Of a stretch of DNA of 64,000 nucleotides, positions 10,664 to 20,862 are shown in pieces. Every line of letters begins with the position of its first letter. Position 1 is the stretch's first letter. The notes under the pieces were generated by a model that saw nothing but the letters and a program-made list of their open reading frames with translations, had not been told where the DNA came from and searched no databases. This DNA comes from Coraliomargaritaceae bacterium (GTDB lineage Bacteria > Verrucomicrobiota > Verrucomicrobiia > Opitutales > Coraliomargaritaceae): positions 242,781-306,780 of the forward strand of contig CBFHKU010000001.1 of NCBI GenBank assembly GCA_965656495.1, written 5' to 3'. The position numbers were made by a program, and so were the translations under genes.

Positions 10664-12172
10664 ATGCTCTCCGCATTCACCAATTCTCTCAAGATTCCGG
10701 AACTGCGCCAAAAGATCTTCTTTACCTTGGCATTGCTTTTTATTGCCCGGGTAGGTGCAAACATCCCGCTTCCCGGTATGAACCCGGGGCCGATTCAGGA
10801 ATACTTGAGCAATGAAGCGGGAGCGGGCGGCGGACTGCTGGGGCTCTACAACATGTTTACCGGTGGCGCCTTGCTCAACGGTGCCTTGTTTGCCCTCGGC
10901 ATCATGCCCTACATCAGCGCCTCCATTATCATGCAGTTGATGGGTGCGGTCTTCCCCGGTCTCGCCCGCCTCCAGCAGGAAGGCGATGTCGGTCGCCAGA
11001 AGATCAATCAATATACCCGTTACCTCACCATCGCGATTTGCCTCGTGCAGGGTCTCATGTTGCTCGTAGCGCTTAGTACCAATCCGGGTAGCATCATTCC
11101 GGGCTTCAACCCCGCCGCCTACGGCGAGGTCGTCCTTATGGGCAAAACCCAGTTCCTCATTACCGGTACGATTTTCCTGACCGCCGGCTCCATGATTATG
11201 GTTTGGCTCGGTGAGCAAATCACCCAAAAGGGAATCGGTAACGGTATCTCCCTCCTGATTACCGTTAGTATCATTTCCGGTCTCCCCGGTGCGGTCATCG
11301 CCGCCTACCAACTCTTTACCGCCCCCGTTGGATCCGAATCCCAACTCGGTCTCCCGCAGGGCGTCCTCATGCTGGCACTGCTCTTTGTCGTAACCGCCGG
11401 ACTCGTCGCCATCACCCAAGCCCAGCGCAAAATCCCCGTGCAATACGCCAAGCGCGTGGTCGGGCGCAAGGTATATGGCGGACAAAGCTCCTTCCTGCCG
11501 CTCAAGGTCAATTATGCCGGCGTTATGCCCGTCATTTTTGCCAGCGCCATCCTGATGTTCCCGACTCAAATCCTCTACTTCCTCGGGAAGAATACCGGGA
11601 TGAATTTCTTCAATGAATTCGCCGACACCCTCGGGCGCGGCCAATTCGCCTATTATTTCGTCTTTGGTCTCCTGATCTTTGTTTTCAGTTATTTCTGGGT
11701 CTCCCTCATGTTCAAACCCGTTCAGATCGCGGACGACCTCAAGAAAAACGGTGGCTACGTGCCCGGTGTTCGCCCCGGTGAACCCACCGCCAAATTCCTC
11801 GACTTTATCATGACGCGCCTGACCCTTGCCGGTGCGCTCGCCCTCACCCTCATCGCACTCTTTCCCGATATCCTCCTGGTGGGTTACAAGATCCCCAACA
11901 ACGTCGCGATCTTCTTTGGCGGTACCGGGATGTTGATTACGGTCGGGGTCTTGCTCGATACCATGCGTCAAATCGAGACCTTTCTCCTGCAACGCCACTA
12001 CGATGGTTTCCTCAAAAAAGGAAAAATCCGCGGACGCTCCGCGACCCGCAGTCGCCAACTTGTCGATTCCACCGGTCTTCAGGATTTCTGGACCGCATGG
12101 CGTCCGCTTCTCATCCTGGCGCTCACGCTTTTCATTCTCGGTATCATCTCCTGGTTTATCAACCTCGGTTAA
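10664..12172 (+). CDS. secY: Preprotein translocase subunit SecY
   Basis: FALGIMPYISASII, GIGNGISL, PLKVNYAGVMPVIFA, PGVRPG. Confidence 0.98.
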   Translation: MLSAFTNSLKIPELRQKIFFTLALLFIARVGANIPLPGMNPGPIQEYLSNEAGAGGGLLGLYNMFTGGALLNGALFALGIMPYISASIIMQLMGAVFPGLARLQQEGDVGRQKINQYTRYLTIAICLVQGLMLLVALSTNPGSIIPGFNPAAYGEVVLMGKTQFLITGTIFLTAGSMIMVWLGEQITQKGIGNGISLLITVSIISGLPGAVIAAYQLFTAPVGSESQLGLPQGVLMLALLFVVTAGLVAITQAQRKIPVQYAKRVVGRKVYGGQSSFLPLKVNYAGVMPVIFASAILMFPTQILYFLGKNTGMNFFNEFADTLGRGQFAYYFVFGLLIFVFSYFWVSLMFKPVQIADDLKKNGGYVPGVRPGEPTAKFLDFIMTRLTLAGALALTLIALFPDILLVGYKIPNNVAIFFGGTGMLITVGVLLDTMRQIETFLLQRHYDGFLKKGKIRGRSATRSRQLVDSTGLQDFWTAWRPLLILALTLFILGIISWFINLG

Positions 12173-12243
12173 TACCCACCGGGTTTCTGACCCGTATCCA
12201 ATTTCCCTTGTTCTTTGAATTCGATTCATTCGCTTGAAAAACG

Positions 12244-13011
12244 GTGAAACCCGTTCGCACAGTTGAAGCTATCCAAGCCATCCGCGAAGCCTGTCAAGTC
12301 GCCGCTTCGGTACTTGCCGATATGGTCGATGCCGTTGAGGTCGGTGTAAATACCTATGACCTCGACCAACTCGGCCGCAAACTCATCGCGGAGCACGGTG
12401 CCGAAAGCGCCTGCTTCAACTACCGCCATCAAAGCAACGTCTTCCCCGCCTACACCTGCGTTTCAGTCAACGAGGAAATCGTGCATGGCATCGGTCGCCT
12501 GCAGCGCGTCATCGCCCCGGGCGATCTGGTCTCCCTCGATGTCGTGGTGCGCTACCGGGGTATGATCGGCGACAACGCCACCACCGTCGGCGTCGCTCCC
12601 GTTAGCAAAGCAAACCAAGCGCTCCTCGATACCACCCGCCAATCACTTGACCACGCCATCAGCCATGCGCGTGCCGGAAACCGCGTCGGAGATATCTCCA
12701 ATGCCGTCGAACGTTTCATCAAGCCCCACAAATACGGGATTGTTCGCGATTTTGTAGGCCACGGAGTCGGTTCCGGAATGCACGAACCGCCGCAAATCCC
12801 GAACTTCGGCCCCCGCGGGCGCGGCGCCCTCCTCAAGCCCGGAATGGCCCTCGCTATTGAGCCCATGATTAACCTTGGACGCCCCGAAATTGAGATGCTG
12901 GACGATGGCTGGACCGCCGTAACCCGTGATCGCTTACCCTCCGCCCATTTCGAGCACACCGTCCTCGTTACCGAATCGGATCCTGAAATTTTAACCTTAC
13001 TGAAAAATTAA
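12244..13011 (+). CDS. map: Methionine aminopeptidase type I
   Basis: CVSVNEEIVHG, GHGVG, HEPP, AIEPM, SAHFEHT. Confidence 0.97.
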   Translation: MKPVRTVEAIQAIREACQVAASVLADMVDAVEVGVNTYDLDQLGRKLIAEHGAESACFNYRHQSNVFPAYTCVSVNEEIVHGIGRLQRVIAPGDLVSLDVVVRYRGMIGDNATTVGVAPVSKANQALLDTTRQSLDHAISHARAGNRVGDISNAVERFIKPHKYGIVRDFVGHGVGSGMHEPPQIPNFGPRGRGALLKPGMALAIEPMINLGRPEIEMLDDGWTAVTRDRLPSAHFEHTVLVTESDPEILTLLKN

Positions 13012-13086
13012 CTTTCCAAAATCAAATTAACTGCTATTTTTACGCACTTTTCTCGCTTAATAGCGCTCATTTAACACATTAGTACC

Positions 13087-13449
13087 ATGCCTCGTATACT
13101 TGGAGTCGACATTCCAGCCAACAAGAAGCTCGTTTTCGCGCTTCGTTATATCTATGGCCTCGGGCCCACACGCGCCAAAACCATCGTTGATGAAGCCGGT
13201 TTTGATCCCGACCGTCGTGCCGGAGACCTCAATGAGGAAGAGCTCAACCAACTCGCCAATATCGTTGCCGAGAAGAATTACATCGTCGAGGGCGACCTGC
13301 GCCGCGAAGTAACCGCCAACCTCAAACGACTTTCCGCCATCCGTAGTTGGCGTGGAATGCGCCACATGCGCGGACTTCCCGTTCGTGGACAGCGCACCAA
13401 AACCAACGCCCGCACCCGCAAGGGCGCCGTTAAACCAATCCGCAAATAA
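13087..13449 (+). CDS. rpsM: 30S ribosomal protein S13
   Basis: RILGVDIP, GLPVRGQRTKTNARTRKG. Confidence 0.98.
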   Translation: MPRILGVDIPANKKLVFALRYIYGLGPTRAKTIVDEAGFDPDRRAGDLNEEELNQLANIVAEKNYIVEGDLRREVTANLKRLSAIRSWRGMRHMRGLPVRGQRTKTNARTRKGAVKPIRK

Positions 13450-13479
13450 GCGCCTGACCGATACACACCCTTTTTTAAA

Positions 13480-14070
13480 ATGAGCGAAGAGAACGAACAA
13501 ACCAACGAAGAAGAGGTAAAGGCTGCCGCACCTGCCGCCGAGGCCGCTACCGCCGAAGCACCTGCCGCCGAAGCACCTGCTAAAGAAGAGGCACCCGCTA
13601 AAGAAGCGCCCGTTGCCGAGGCCGCTGAAGAGGAAGCCCCTGTCAAAAAGGAGGAAACCGCCGAGGATCTTCTCAAGAGCGACCTCGAAGGCGTTAAAAT
13701 CCGCCGCGCCAAAGGCAGCAAAAACATCACCGTTGGCGTTGTGAACGTGCTCGCAACTTTCAATAACACCAAGGTCACCTTTGCCGACCCGCGTGGCAAC
13801 GTCATCTCCTGGTCCAGTGCCGGTAAATGCAACTTCCGCGGTTCCCGCAAATCCACCGCCTACGCCGCACAGGTCGTCACTCAAGATGCCGGTCGCGTCG
13901 CCATGTCGCACGGCATGAAGGAAGTGGTGGTCAAACTCAACGGCCCCGGTATGGGTCGCGACTCCGCCGTACGTGCGCTTCAATCTATGGGCATGATTGT
14001 CACCGAGATCATCGACGTGACCCCCGTTCCTCACAACGGATGCCGTGCCCCCAAACGTCGTCGTGTCTAA
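13480..14070 (+). CDS. rpsK: 30S ribosomal protein S11 with long acidic N-terminal extension
   Basis: [27 protein letters not shown]. Confidence 0.97.
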   Translation: MSEENEQTNEEEVKAAAPAAEAATAEAPAAEAPAKEEAPAKEAPVAEAAEEEAPVKKEETAEDLLKSDLEGVKIRRAKGSKNITVGVVNVLATFNNTKVTFADPRGNVISWSSAGKCNFRGSRKSTAYAAQVVTQDAGRVAMSHGMKEVVVKLNGPGMGRDSAVRALQSMGMIVTEIIDVTPVPHNGCRAPKRRRV

Positions 14071-14129
14071 GGTGATTCTGCCACCCCGACACAACATTTA
14101 ATAGTTCGCAGAAAAACACATAACATATC

Positions 14130-14738
14130 ATGGCCCGCTACACAGGACCTACTACACGTATCAACCGCCGCTTCGGTCAGGCTATCTTTGCCCCGACCAA
14201 AGCTTTCGAGCGCAAACCGCACCCTCCCGGGCAGCACGGTCCGCGTCTCCGTCGCAAACTCAGCGACTACGCCATCGGCCTTAACGAGAAGCAAAAACTA
14301 CGCTTCATGTATGGCATGACCGAAAAACAATTTCGCTTGACCTTCGAAAAGGCCAAGAACCAACGCGGGGTTACCGGTGATATCTTCCTTCAATTGCTCG
14401 AGTGCCGCCTCGATAGCGTTATCTATCGCCTCGGCTTCGCAAAATCCCGTTCCGCCGCCCGCCAGTTCGTCGGGCACGGTCACATCGTGGTGAATGGTAA
14501 AAAAACCGACATCGCCAGCTTTATCGTTAAAGAAGGCGACGAGATCGAAGTCCGTGAACGCACTTCTTCCCGCCAGTTGGCGACCCGCTCCATGGACGAA
14601 AGCCAAGCCCGCACCGTTCCCGAGTGGCTCACTTTAAACGCGGATGCCCTCAAGGCTACCGTCAATCGTCTTCCAAGCAGCGAAGAAACCGAATCCGGCA
14701 TCAACGTTCAGCTCATTGTTGAATACTACAGCCGTTAA
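14130..14738 (+). CDS. rpsD: 30S ribosomal protein S4
   Basis: MARYTGP, PPGQHG, LECRLD, LIVEYYSR. Confidence 0.98.
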   Translation: MARYTGPTTRINRRFGQAIFAPTKAFERKPHPPGQHGPRLRRKLSDYAIGLNEKQKLRFMYGMTEKQFRLTFEKAKNQRGVTGDIFLQLLECRLDSVIYRLGFAKSRSAARQFVGHGHIVVNGKKTDIASFIVKEGDEIEVRERTSSRQLATRSMDESQARTVPEWLTLNADALKATVNRLPSSEETESGINVQLIVEYYSR

Positions 14739-14810
14739 TCTTCCTTTGAGTCTGCGCACAGCTCGCAGCTCTCACTCAGTTCCTCGTTCATTTTATCAAC
14801 CAAGAACATT

Positions 14811-15815
14811 ATGCCAAAGCGTTTAGGAAAATTCGAACTACCCAATCGTCTCGTTAAGGTCGAAGACACCGCAACCGACACCTACGCCACCTTCCAAGCC
14901 GAGCCCTTTGAGGCCGGTTACGGACACACTATCGGTAATTCCCTCCGACGCGTGCTTCTGAGCTCCATCGAAGGTGCCGCGATCTCAGCCGTTAACATTG
15001 ACGGTGTGCAACATGAATTCCAGAGCATCGACGGCGTGGTCGAGGATGTCACCGACATCGTCCTCAACCTCAAGAAAGTCCTCCTCGTCTCCGAAAGCCG
15101 CGACTCGGTCAACATGACCATCGACGTCACACGCGACGGCCCCGTGACCGCCGCTGATATTCAGGAAGTTTCCGGAGTGGAGGTTATCAACCCGGATCAA
15201 CTCATCTGTACCCTCGATCGCAAAAAACGTTTCCATGCCGAACTCGAAGTGCGCGTGGGACGCGGTTATTGCGCCGGCGAGGAGAATAAGAAAGAAGATC
15301 AGCCCATCGGTGTTATCGCAATCGATTCCCTCTTCGGCCCCGTTAAACTCGTCAAATATTCCGTCGAAAACACCCGCGTGGGTCAGTCCATGGACTACGA
15401 CAAGCTTATCCTCGAAGTGACCACAGACGGCCGCATCACACCGGATGACGCCCTCAAGCAAAGCGCCGCCATTCTCAAGCACCACCTCACCGTCTTTGAT
15501 GAAGTCTCACAAGAGGACATCAACTTCGACACCGATACCAGCGAAGTCAGCGAAGAACAAAACCGTCTCCGCAAGCTCCTCAACATGAGCGTCAACGAGA
15601 TCGAACTCTCCGTTCGCGCCGCTAATTGCCTCAACAACGCCAACATCACAACCGTCGGCGAACTCGCAATGAAGTCCGAACAGGAAATGTTGAAATACCG
15701 CAACTTCGGTAAGAAGTCACTCAACGAAATCAAGGACAAGCTTGAGCAACTCGGGCTTTCCCTCGGCAAGCAAATTGATGAGCGCCTCCTCGACAACGCT
15801 CCCGAACAATTCTAG
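14811..15815 (+). CDS. rpoA: RNA polymerase subunit alpha
   Basis: GHTIGNSLRRVLLSS, ELSVRAANCL, NFGKKSLNEI. Confidence 0.98.
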   Translation: MPKRLGKFELPNRLVKVEDTATDTYATFQAEPFEAGYGHTIGNSLRRVLLSSIEGAAISAVNIDGVQHEFQSIDGVVEDVTDIVLNLKKVLLVSESRDSVNMTIDVTRDGPVTAADIQEVSGVEVINPDQLICTLDRKKRFHAELEVRVGRGYCAGEENKKEDQPIGVIAIDSLFGPVKLVKYSVENTRVGQSMDYDKLILEVTTDGRITPDDALKQSAAILKHHLTVFDEVSQEDINFDTDTSEVSEEQNRLRKLLNMSVNEIELSVRAANCLNNANITTVGELAMKSEQEMLKYRNFGKKSLNEIKDKLEQLGLSLGKQIDERLLDNAPEQF

Positions 15816-15848
15816 CAAAACCAGCACACACCGAAACGTTTTACACCA

Positions 15849-16463
15849 ATGCGCCACAGTAAAAGACGACATGTCCTCGGGGTCTCCGGCCCACACCGCG
15901 CCGCTATGATGGGTAACCTCTCGGTTGCTCTTATCACTCACGGACGAATTGAAACCACGCTTGCCAAAGCTAAGGCGCTGCGCCCTTTCATTGAAAAGGT
16001 CATCACCCTTGCCAAAAAGGCCGAGCAGGCAAACGATGCGGCCCGCAAGCTGCACTTCCGCCGCCTCGCCATCGCCCGGGTCCGTGATAAAAAAGCAGTC
16101 GCCCAACTCTTCGATGAGCGTGCCTCCGAATTCGCCAATCGCGCCGGCGGTTACACCCGGATCTATAAAATCGGTCAACGCATCGGTGATGCCGCTGAAA
16201 TGGCACTCATTGAATTGATCGACGCGAGCGATGAAGGCTACGAAAAGCCCAAACGCAAAGCCGCTCCCAAAGCCAAGGCTAAAGCAAAAGCTGAACCCGA
16301 AGCCACCCCGGTAGAGGAAGCTCCCGCAGACGCCGAAGCAGCTCCCGCCGAAGATGAAGCTCCCGCCGCCGAGGAGGAAGCCGCACCCGCCGAAGCCGAA
16401 GCAGCTCCTGCCGAGGAAGCACCTGAGGAAGCAGCCGATTCCAAAAAAGAATCAGACAGCTAA
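15849..16463 (+). CDS. rplQ: 50S ribosomal protein L17 with Ala/Glu/Pro tail
   Basis: MRH, IETTLAKAKALR, GGYTRI, GDAAEMA. Confidence 0.97.
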   Translation: MRHSKRRHVLGVSGPHRAAMMGNLSVALITHGRIETTLAKAKALRPFIEKVITLAKKAEQANDAARKLHFRRLAIARVRDKKAVAQLFDERASEFANRAGGYTRIYKIGQRIGDAAEMALIELIDASDEGYEKPKRKAAPKAKAKAKAEPEATPVEEAPADAEAAPAEDEAPAAEEEAAPAEAEAAPAEEAPEEAADSKKESDS

Positions 16464-16489
16464 TTCAGCCCCCTTAAACGGATTCAATC

Positions 16490-16515
16490 AAAGCGCACTT
16501 CGATGCGCTTTTTTT
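16490..16515 (+). terminator. Rho-independent terminator of the ribosomal cluster
   Basis: AAAGCGCA-cttcga-TGCGCTTT followed by a T-run. Confidence 0.85.
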
Positions 16516-16637
16516 ATGCCCGTATCCAAAGCTGGCACACCGCCGATGCGATACCGTTTCCAATCAGCTTCGGTATCATAGCGATCTCAAATAGCCTTCA
16601 CTGAAGCACCTCCCAACCTTGGCAAACCAAATAGATG

Positions 16638-16872
16638 CCCCTCCGCTCCTCCGCGTTAAAATAAAAAACGCAGAGTTCCAGAACCCCTCCGCTCCTCCGC
16701 TTCTCCGCGTTAAAATAAAACACAGAGTTCCTCCGCTTCTCTGCGTTAAAATAAAAAACGCAGAGTTAAAGAGCCCCTCCGCGTTAAAAAATAAACGCGG
16801 AGCAAGAGAGGAGCAAAGGGTCGCAACCAACAACTTTCCCACCTTCCCACTTTTGCACTTTCCCACCTTGAT
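16638..16872. repeat. Palindromic CTCYGCGTT-AAAATAAA-AACGCRGAG repeats plus (TTCCCAC)-type repeats
   Basis: About four imperfect copies at 16640-16802, then 8-mer repeats at 16835-16872, between convergent genes. Confidence 0.85.
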
Positions 16873-16900
16873 AATGGCATCACCTGCGCGTGCGTTGCTT

Positions 16901-18406
16901 TTATTCCGCCACACCCAAGGCTTTCAGCGCATCCATTTGCAGCGTCGCGTGGCGCGCTTCCATCTCTGCTTGAATCAAATCCTCGTCGTAAGACGGAATG
17001 ATCTGTTTCATGCGTTCGTGACCCGCCTCGGTAGCGAGGGTTTCCGCAAAGCATTTTTGAACGACCTCAAGAATGATATTGGTTGAGACCGAGGCGCCGG
17101 GCGAGGCTCCCAGGAGTGCCGAAAGGCTCTTGTCCTTGTCGGTAATCACCTCTGTTCCGAAGTGAACAATACCGGCGTCCCCGTCTTCTTTCTTGATCGC
17201 CTGCACGCGAATACCGGCATCAATCAAATGCCAGTCCTCGGTTTTCGCATCGGGGTAGAAGTTGCGCAATTCCCCCATGCGGGTCTTCATGCTCTGCGTG
17301 CCCTGTTGGATTAGGTAACGCACCAATGGAATATTGGAGATGCCTACCTTGATGAGCGACGCCATGTTGTCCCAGCGAATCGAACCCGGTAAATCCATGA
17401 GGCTCCCGCGCTTGTGCAGGAACTTCGTCGTCCAAGCGGCATAGGGCCCAAAGAGGAGCGACCGCTTGCCATCAATGATGCGTGTGTCGAGATGGGGAAC
17501 CGCCATGGTTGGGGCCGCGCCGGGCGACATCCCGTAAACCTTCGCGTTGTGCTGCGCAATCAATTCGGGCTTCTCCGAGATCAACCATTGACCTCCAATC
17601 GGAAAACCGCCGATTCCCTTCGCCTCCGGGATGCCCGCTTTTTGCAGGAGCGGCAGCGATCCGCCGCCCGCTCCGATGAAGACGAATTTCGCGCTGTTCG
17701 AAAACTCACGCTTACTTCCCAAATCCTTAATCTTAAGCTCCCAGCGCCCGTCCTTTTTCTTGATGTCGGTGACGCGATGCGAGCTCGCAAAGCCGCAACC
17801 CTCCTGCTTCCCGAGCCAATGCGTGAGCTTGGCCGCCAATGCTCCAAAGTTCACATCCGTCCCATGAATCATGCGGGTCATCGCGACCGGTTCATCGGCG
17901 GCACGACCTTCCAGGATCAGCGGCGCCCATTCACGGATCGTCTCCCGGTCCTCCGTGTATTCCATATCCTTGAAGAAATGGTGCTTGCTCATTTGACGAT
18001 GACGGGAGCGGAGGAAGTCAACCTGCTCCTGTCCATAAACAAAGCTCAAATGTGGAACCGGTCGCACAAAATCCTCGGCGGCATCGATCATGCCGCTGCG
18101 CACCGCATGACCCCAGAATTGCAGCGAGTGCTGGAATTCATGACAGATCCGAATCGCCTGGCTGACTTCGACCTCGCCATCGGGGCCGTAATCCGGCGTG
18201 TAGCTCAGCTCGCAGAGTCCCGCGTGTCCGGTGCCGGCATTGTGCCAGCCGTTGGACGCCTCCAGCGCCAGCTCCTCGGTCAACTCGTAGAGTTGGATCC
18301 GTAAGCTCGGGTCCAGCTCCTTGAGCAGGGCACCAAGGGTCGCGGACATGATGCCGCTACCGATGAGAATTACATCCGGATTTTCAATATGTGCTTCGCT
18401 TTTCAT
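16901..18406 (-). CDS. mqo: Malate:quinone oxidoreductase
   Basis: LIGSGIMSATLG, WHNAGTGHAGLCELSYTP, VPHLDTR, LLGASPGAS. Confidence 0.96.
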   Translation of the reverse strand: MKSEAHIENPDVILIGSGIMSATLGALLKELDPSLRIQLYELTEELALEASNGWHNAGTGHAGLCELSYTPDYGPDGEVEVSQAIRICHEFQHSLQFWGHAVRSGMIDAAEDFVRPVPHLSFVYGQEQVDFLRSRHRQMSKHHFFKDMEYTEDRETIREWAPLILEGRAADEPVAMTRMIHGTDVNFGALAAKLTHWLGKQEGCGFASSHRVTDIKKKDGRWELKIKDLGSKREFSNSAKFVFIGAGGGSLPLLQKAGIPEAKGIGGFPIGGQWLISEKPELIAQHNAKVYGMSPGAAPTMAVPHLDTRIIDGKRSLLFGPYAAWTTKFLHKRGSLMDLPGSIRWDNMASLIKVGISNIPLVRYLIQQGTQSMKTRMGELRNFYPDAKTEDWHLIDAGIRVQAIKKEDGDAGIVHFGTEVITDKDKSLSALLGASPGASVSTNIILEVVQKCFAETLATEAGHERMKQIIPSYDEDLIQAEMEARHATLQMDALKALGVAE

Positions 18407-18461
18407 AAGATTTACTGGCTGGTGTTTTCCTGACCTCTAAAGATTTTGTTGTTCCTTATCC

Positions 18462-19943
18462 TCATCCTTCGGTGAGCGCCGCGAATTTCGCCTTGGCTTC
18501 GGTCCAGGGCACCTGATCCCCCGGTTCAAAGACTTCCACAATCGAGGAATTCACCACGATCTCGCGGCCTTCCTCGATGCTCGCGATGGCACCGTCCGCC
18601 AACATTTGCGCGAGAATGTTGCCAAGCCCCGTGGCTTCCACCGGACTCGCCTTGACCGTGATGCCAATCGCATTGGCGGCAAATTGATTGAGCAGTTTGT
18701 CCTGACAACCGCCGCCCACGATGTGGAGACTGCGGGGAGGCGTCTCGGTGTAGGTCATCAGTTTTTCCCAAACAACCGAATAGCGCAGGGCGAGGCTTTC
18801 ATAAATCGTGCGAATGATTTCGCCCTTTGTTTCGGGGATCGGTTGCCCGTGCTCGTGGCAGTAGGCCTGAATTTTTTCCGGCATGTCCCCCGCCTTCGCG
18901 AAGCGTGCATCGTCGGGGTTGATCAAGGAGCGGAAGGGCGTGGTTTCCGCCGCAAGGCTCGCCATGCGGTGATAGGGGAGGTCTTCGCCCTGCGCTTTCC
19001 AGTGGCGTTTACATTCCTGGATCAGCCATAGGCCGCAAATGTTTTTCAGGTAGCGGACCGTGCCATTGACCCCAATCTCGTTGGTGAAGTCATCGGCGAA
19101 GGAACGTTCATTGATGACCGGCGCGGGCAGTTCAAGTCCCATCAGTGACCAGGTTCCGCTGCTCAAATAGGCGGGCGTCTCTGCCTTGCTCGGTACCGCC
19201 GCCACCGCGCTTCCGGTGTCGTGACCCGCGACCGTTATGACGTCCACATTTTCAAGTCCGGTGAATTCCGCAACATGCGCGCTCAAGGCTCCCAGTTTCG
19301 AACCGGGGTCGCTGATTCCCTTGAATAATTTGCGCGGTAATCCCAGCGAATTGATTAAATCATAATCCCAATCGCCCGTGCTTGGATTGTAGAGCTGGCT
19401 CGTGCTCGCAACGCTGCGTTCCTGCGTCTTCTTGCCGGTCAACCAGTAGCCGATGAGATCCGGCATGAAGAGGAGATCCTCCGCCTGCTCAAGCGCCGGA
19501 TTCTTTTGCACCACCTCCGAGTAAAGCTGGAAGAGGGTATTGAAGAAAATAAACTGAATCCCGGTGGCCTTGTAGATCTCCTCCTTCGAGACTCGCTCAA
19601 AGGCTTGTTCCATCACGCCATCGGTGCGGCTGTCACGGTATTGGTAGGGGAGACCCAGCAAGCGGCCGTCCTTGTCAAAGAGCCCATAATCCACCCCCCA
19701 GGTGTCCACCCCGAGGCTCACAATCGAATCGGCGTAGCTCTCCGCCGCAAGTTTCAGCCCCTCCAGAATGTTCTGGTAGAGCGCCGTGATATTCCAATGC
19801 CACCCGCTCGGTAACTGTACCGGTACGTTCTCGAAGCGGTTGACCTCATGCAGTTCAATGCGACGGCCATCGAATTCTCCCGCGAGCACCCGTCCGCTGC
19901 CCGCTCCCAAATCAACTGCAAGATAAACTTTTTTTTGGCTCAT
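18462..19943 (-). CDS. rhaB: Rhamnulokinase/fuculokinase (FGGY family)
   Basis: LAVDLGAGSGR, DTWGVDY, YRDSRT, GHDTGSAV, SSGTWSL, LKNICGLW. Confidence 0.92.
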   Translation of the reverse strand: MSQKKVYLAVDLGAGSGRVLAGEFDGRRIELHEVNRFENVPVQLPSGWHWNITALYQNILEGLKLAAESYADSIVSLGVDTWGVDYGLFDKDGRLLGLPYQYRDSRTDGVMEQAFERVSKEEIYKATGIQFIFFNTLFQLYSEVVQKNPALEQAEDLLFMPDLIGYWLTGKKTQERSVASTSQLYNPSTGDWDYDLINSLGLPRKLFKGISDPGSKLGALSAHVAEFTGLENVDVITVAGHDTGSAVAAVPSKAETPAYLSSGTWSLMGLELPAPVINERSFADDFTNEIGVNGTVRYLKNICGLWLIQECKRHWKAQGEDLPYHRMASLAAETTPFRSLINPDDARFAKAGDMPEKIQAYCHEHGQPIPETKGEIIRTIYESLALRYSVVWEKLMTYTETPPRSLHIVGGGCQDKLLNQFAANAIGITVKASPVEATGLGNILAQMLADGAIASIEEGREIVVNSSIVEVFEPGDQVPWTEAKAKFAALTEG

Positions 19944-19982
19944 GTTGTTTCGTTACTTTTTAAACTTGGTTATGTCGATGCG

Positions 19983-20747
19983 CTATTGTTCCGCAATCGT
20001 TAGTTTCAGGCCACGCTTGCGAATCGCCTCCGCGACCCCGCTCTCAATCCCTGCGTCCGTGATGATGCGGTGGACGCGTTCGACCGGTGCAAAGAAATAT
20101 TCAGACTGTTGGTTGATCTTGCTGGAGTCCATCAAGAGAACAACCTCCTCCGCGAACTGCACAAGGCTCTCCTTGTAGCTCGCCTGTTCCTCGAAACCTT
20201 CGCTGGCGCCCCGTTCAATATCAAACCCAATGCAGGAAATGAAGGCGGTGTGTACCTGATGGCGGCGCAAGGTATTGATGCTGTCCCCGCCGATAAAGGT
20301 GTGCGTCTTGGGATGGTAGCGACCCCCGGTTGAAATCAAATCGACCGCTTCCTTCAGGATCAGTTGCTCCAGAATCGCAAAAGCGTTCGTCACGACCCGA
20401 AAGGGGAGGTCGGGCAAAATCGCCACGAGGGCGCAGGCGGTGGTGCTGCTGTCAAAGGCGTAGGTGCGCTGAGGCTGAATGAGTTTTAACGCCTCCCGCG
20501 CAATCGCCTCCTTCGCCTCTATGTTCAAATGACTGCGTTCGCTGAAGGAGCGCAGTTTCGATTTTCCGTTTAAACTGCTCGCCCCGCCGTGGATGCGTTT
20601 TAACTGCTCCTCGTCCGACAAAACTTGCAAATCACGGCGGATCGTCTCGTCCGTTACCTGAAATTCTTCCGCTAAATCCACCGTCCTAACAATCCCACGC
20701 TGGTCCAGCAGGGTGAGAATTTGTTGTTGGCGTTCCGGTGCAAGCAT
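19983..20747 (-). CDS. DeoR/GlpR transcriptional regulator of the BMC locus
   Basis: ERQQQI...VTDETIRRDL...RIHGGA; DSSTT. Confidence 0.95.
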   Translation of the reverse strand: MLAPERQQQILTLLDQRGIVRTVDLAEEFQVTDETIRRDLQVLSDEEQLKRIHGGASSLNGKSKLRSFSERSHLNIEAKEAIAREALKLIQPQRTYAFDSSTTACALVAILPDLPFRVVTNAFAILEQLILKEAVDLISTGGRYHPKTHTFIGGDSINTLRRHQVHTAFISCIGFDIERGASEGFEEQASYKESLVQFAEEVVLLMDSSKINQQSEYFFAPVERVHRIITDAGIESGVAEAIRKRGLKLTIAEQ

Positions 20748-20754
20748 CGTTTCG

Positions 20755-20860
20755 ATTTGGAAAAATTTAGGAATATTGTTGGATTATTTGGAAAATAGGC
20801 AAGTAAAAGGTTGACTTTTCCCCAAAAAATTCAAATTTTCCCACAAAAACAAGCATTTTC
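20755..20860. promoter_or_regulatory. Divergent promoter with phased TTGGAAAA/TTTTCCCA repeats (putative DeoR operators)
   Basis: GGA-core repeats on the left and TCC-core repeats on the right of a TTGACT hexamer at 20811. Confidence 0.55.
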
Positions 20861-20862
20861 AC

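Noticed and set aside
10616..12229. Long antisense ORFs (also 23721-25727, 25802-27136, 32847-34337)
   Set aside because: Shadow frames of well-identified genes caused by codon bias.
16532..16550. TGGCAC motif (also near 29649)
   Set aside because: GG-N10-GC spacing is not met.
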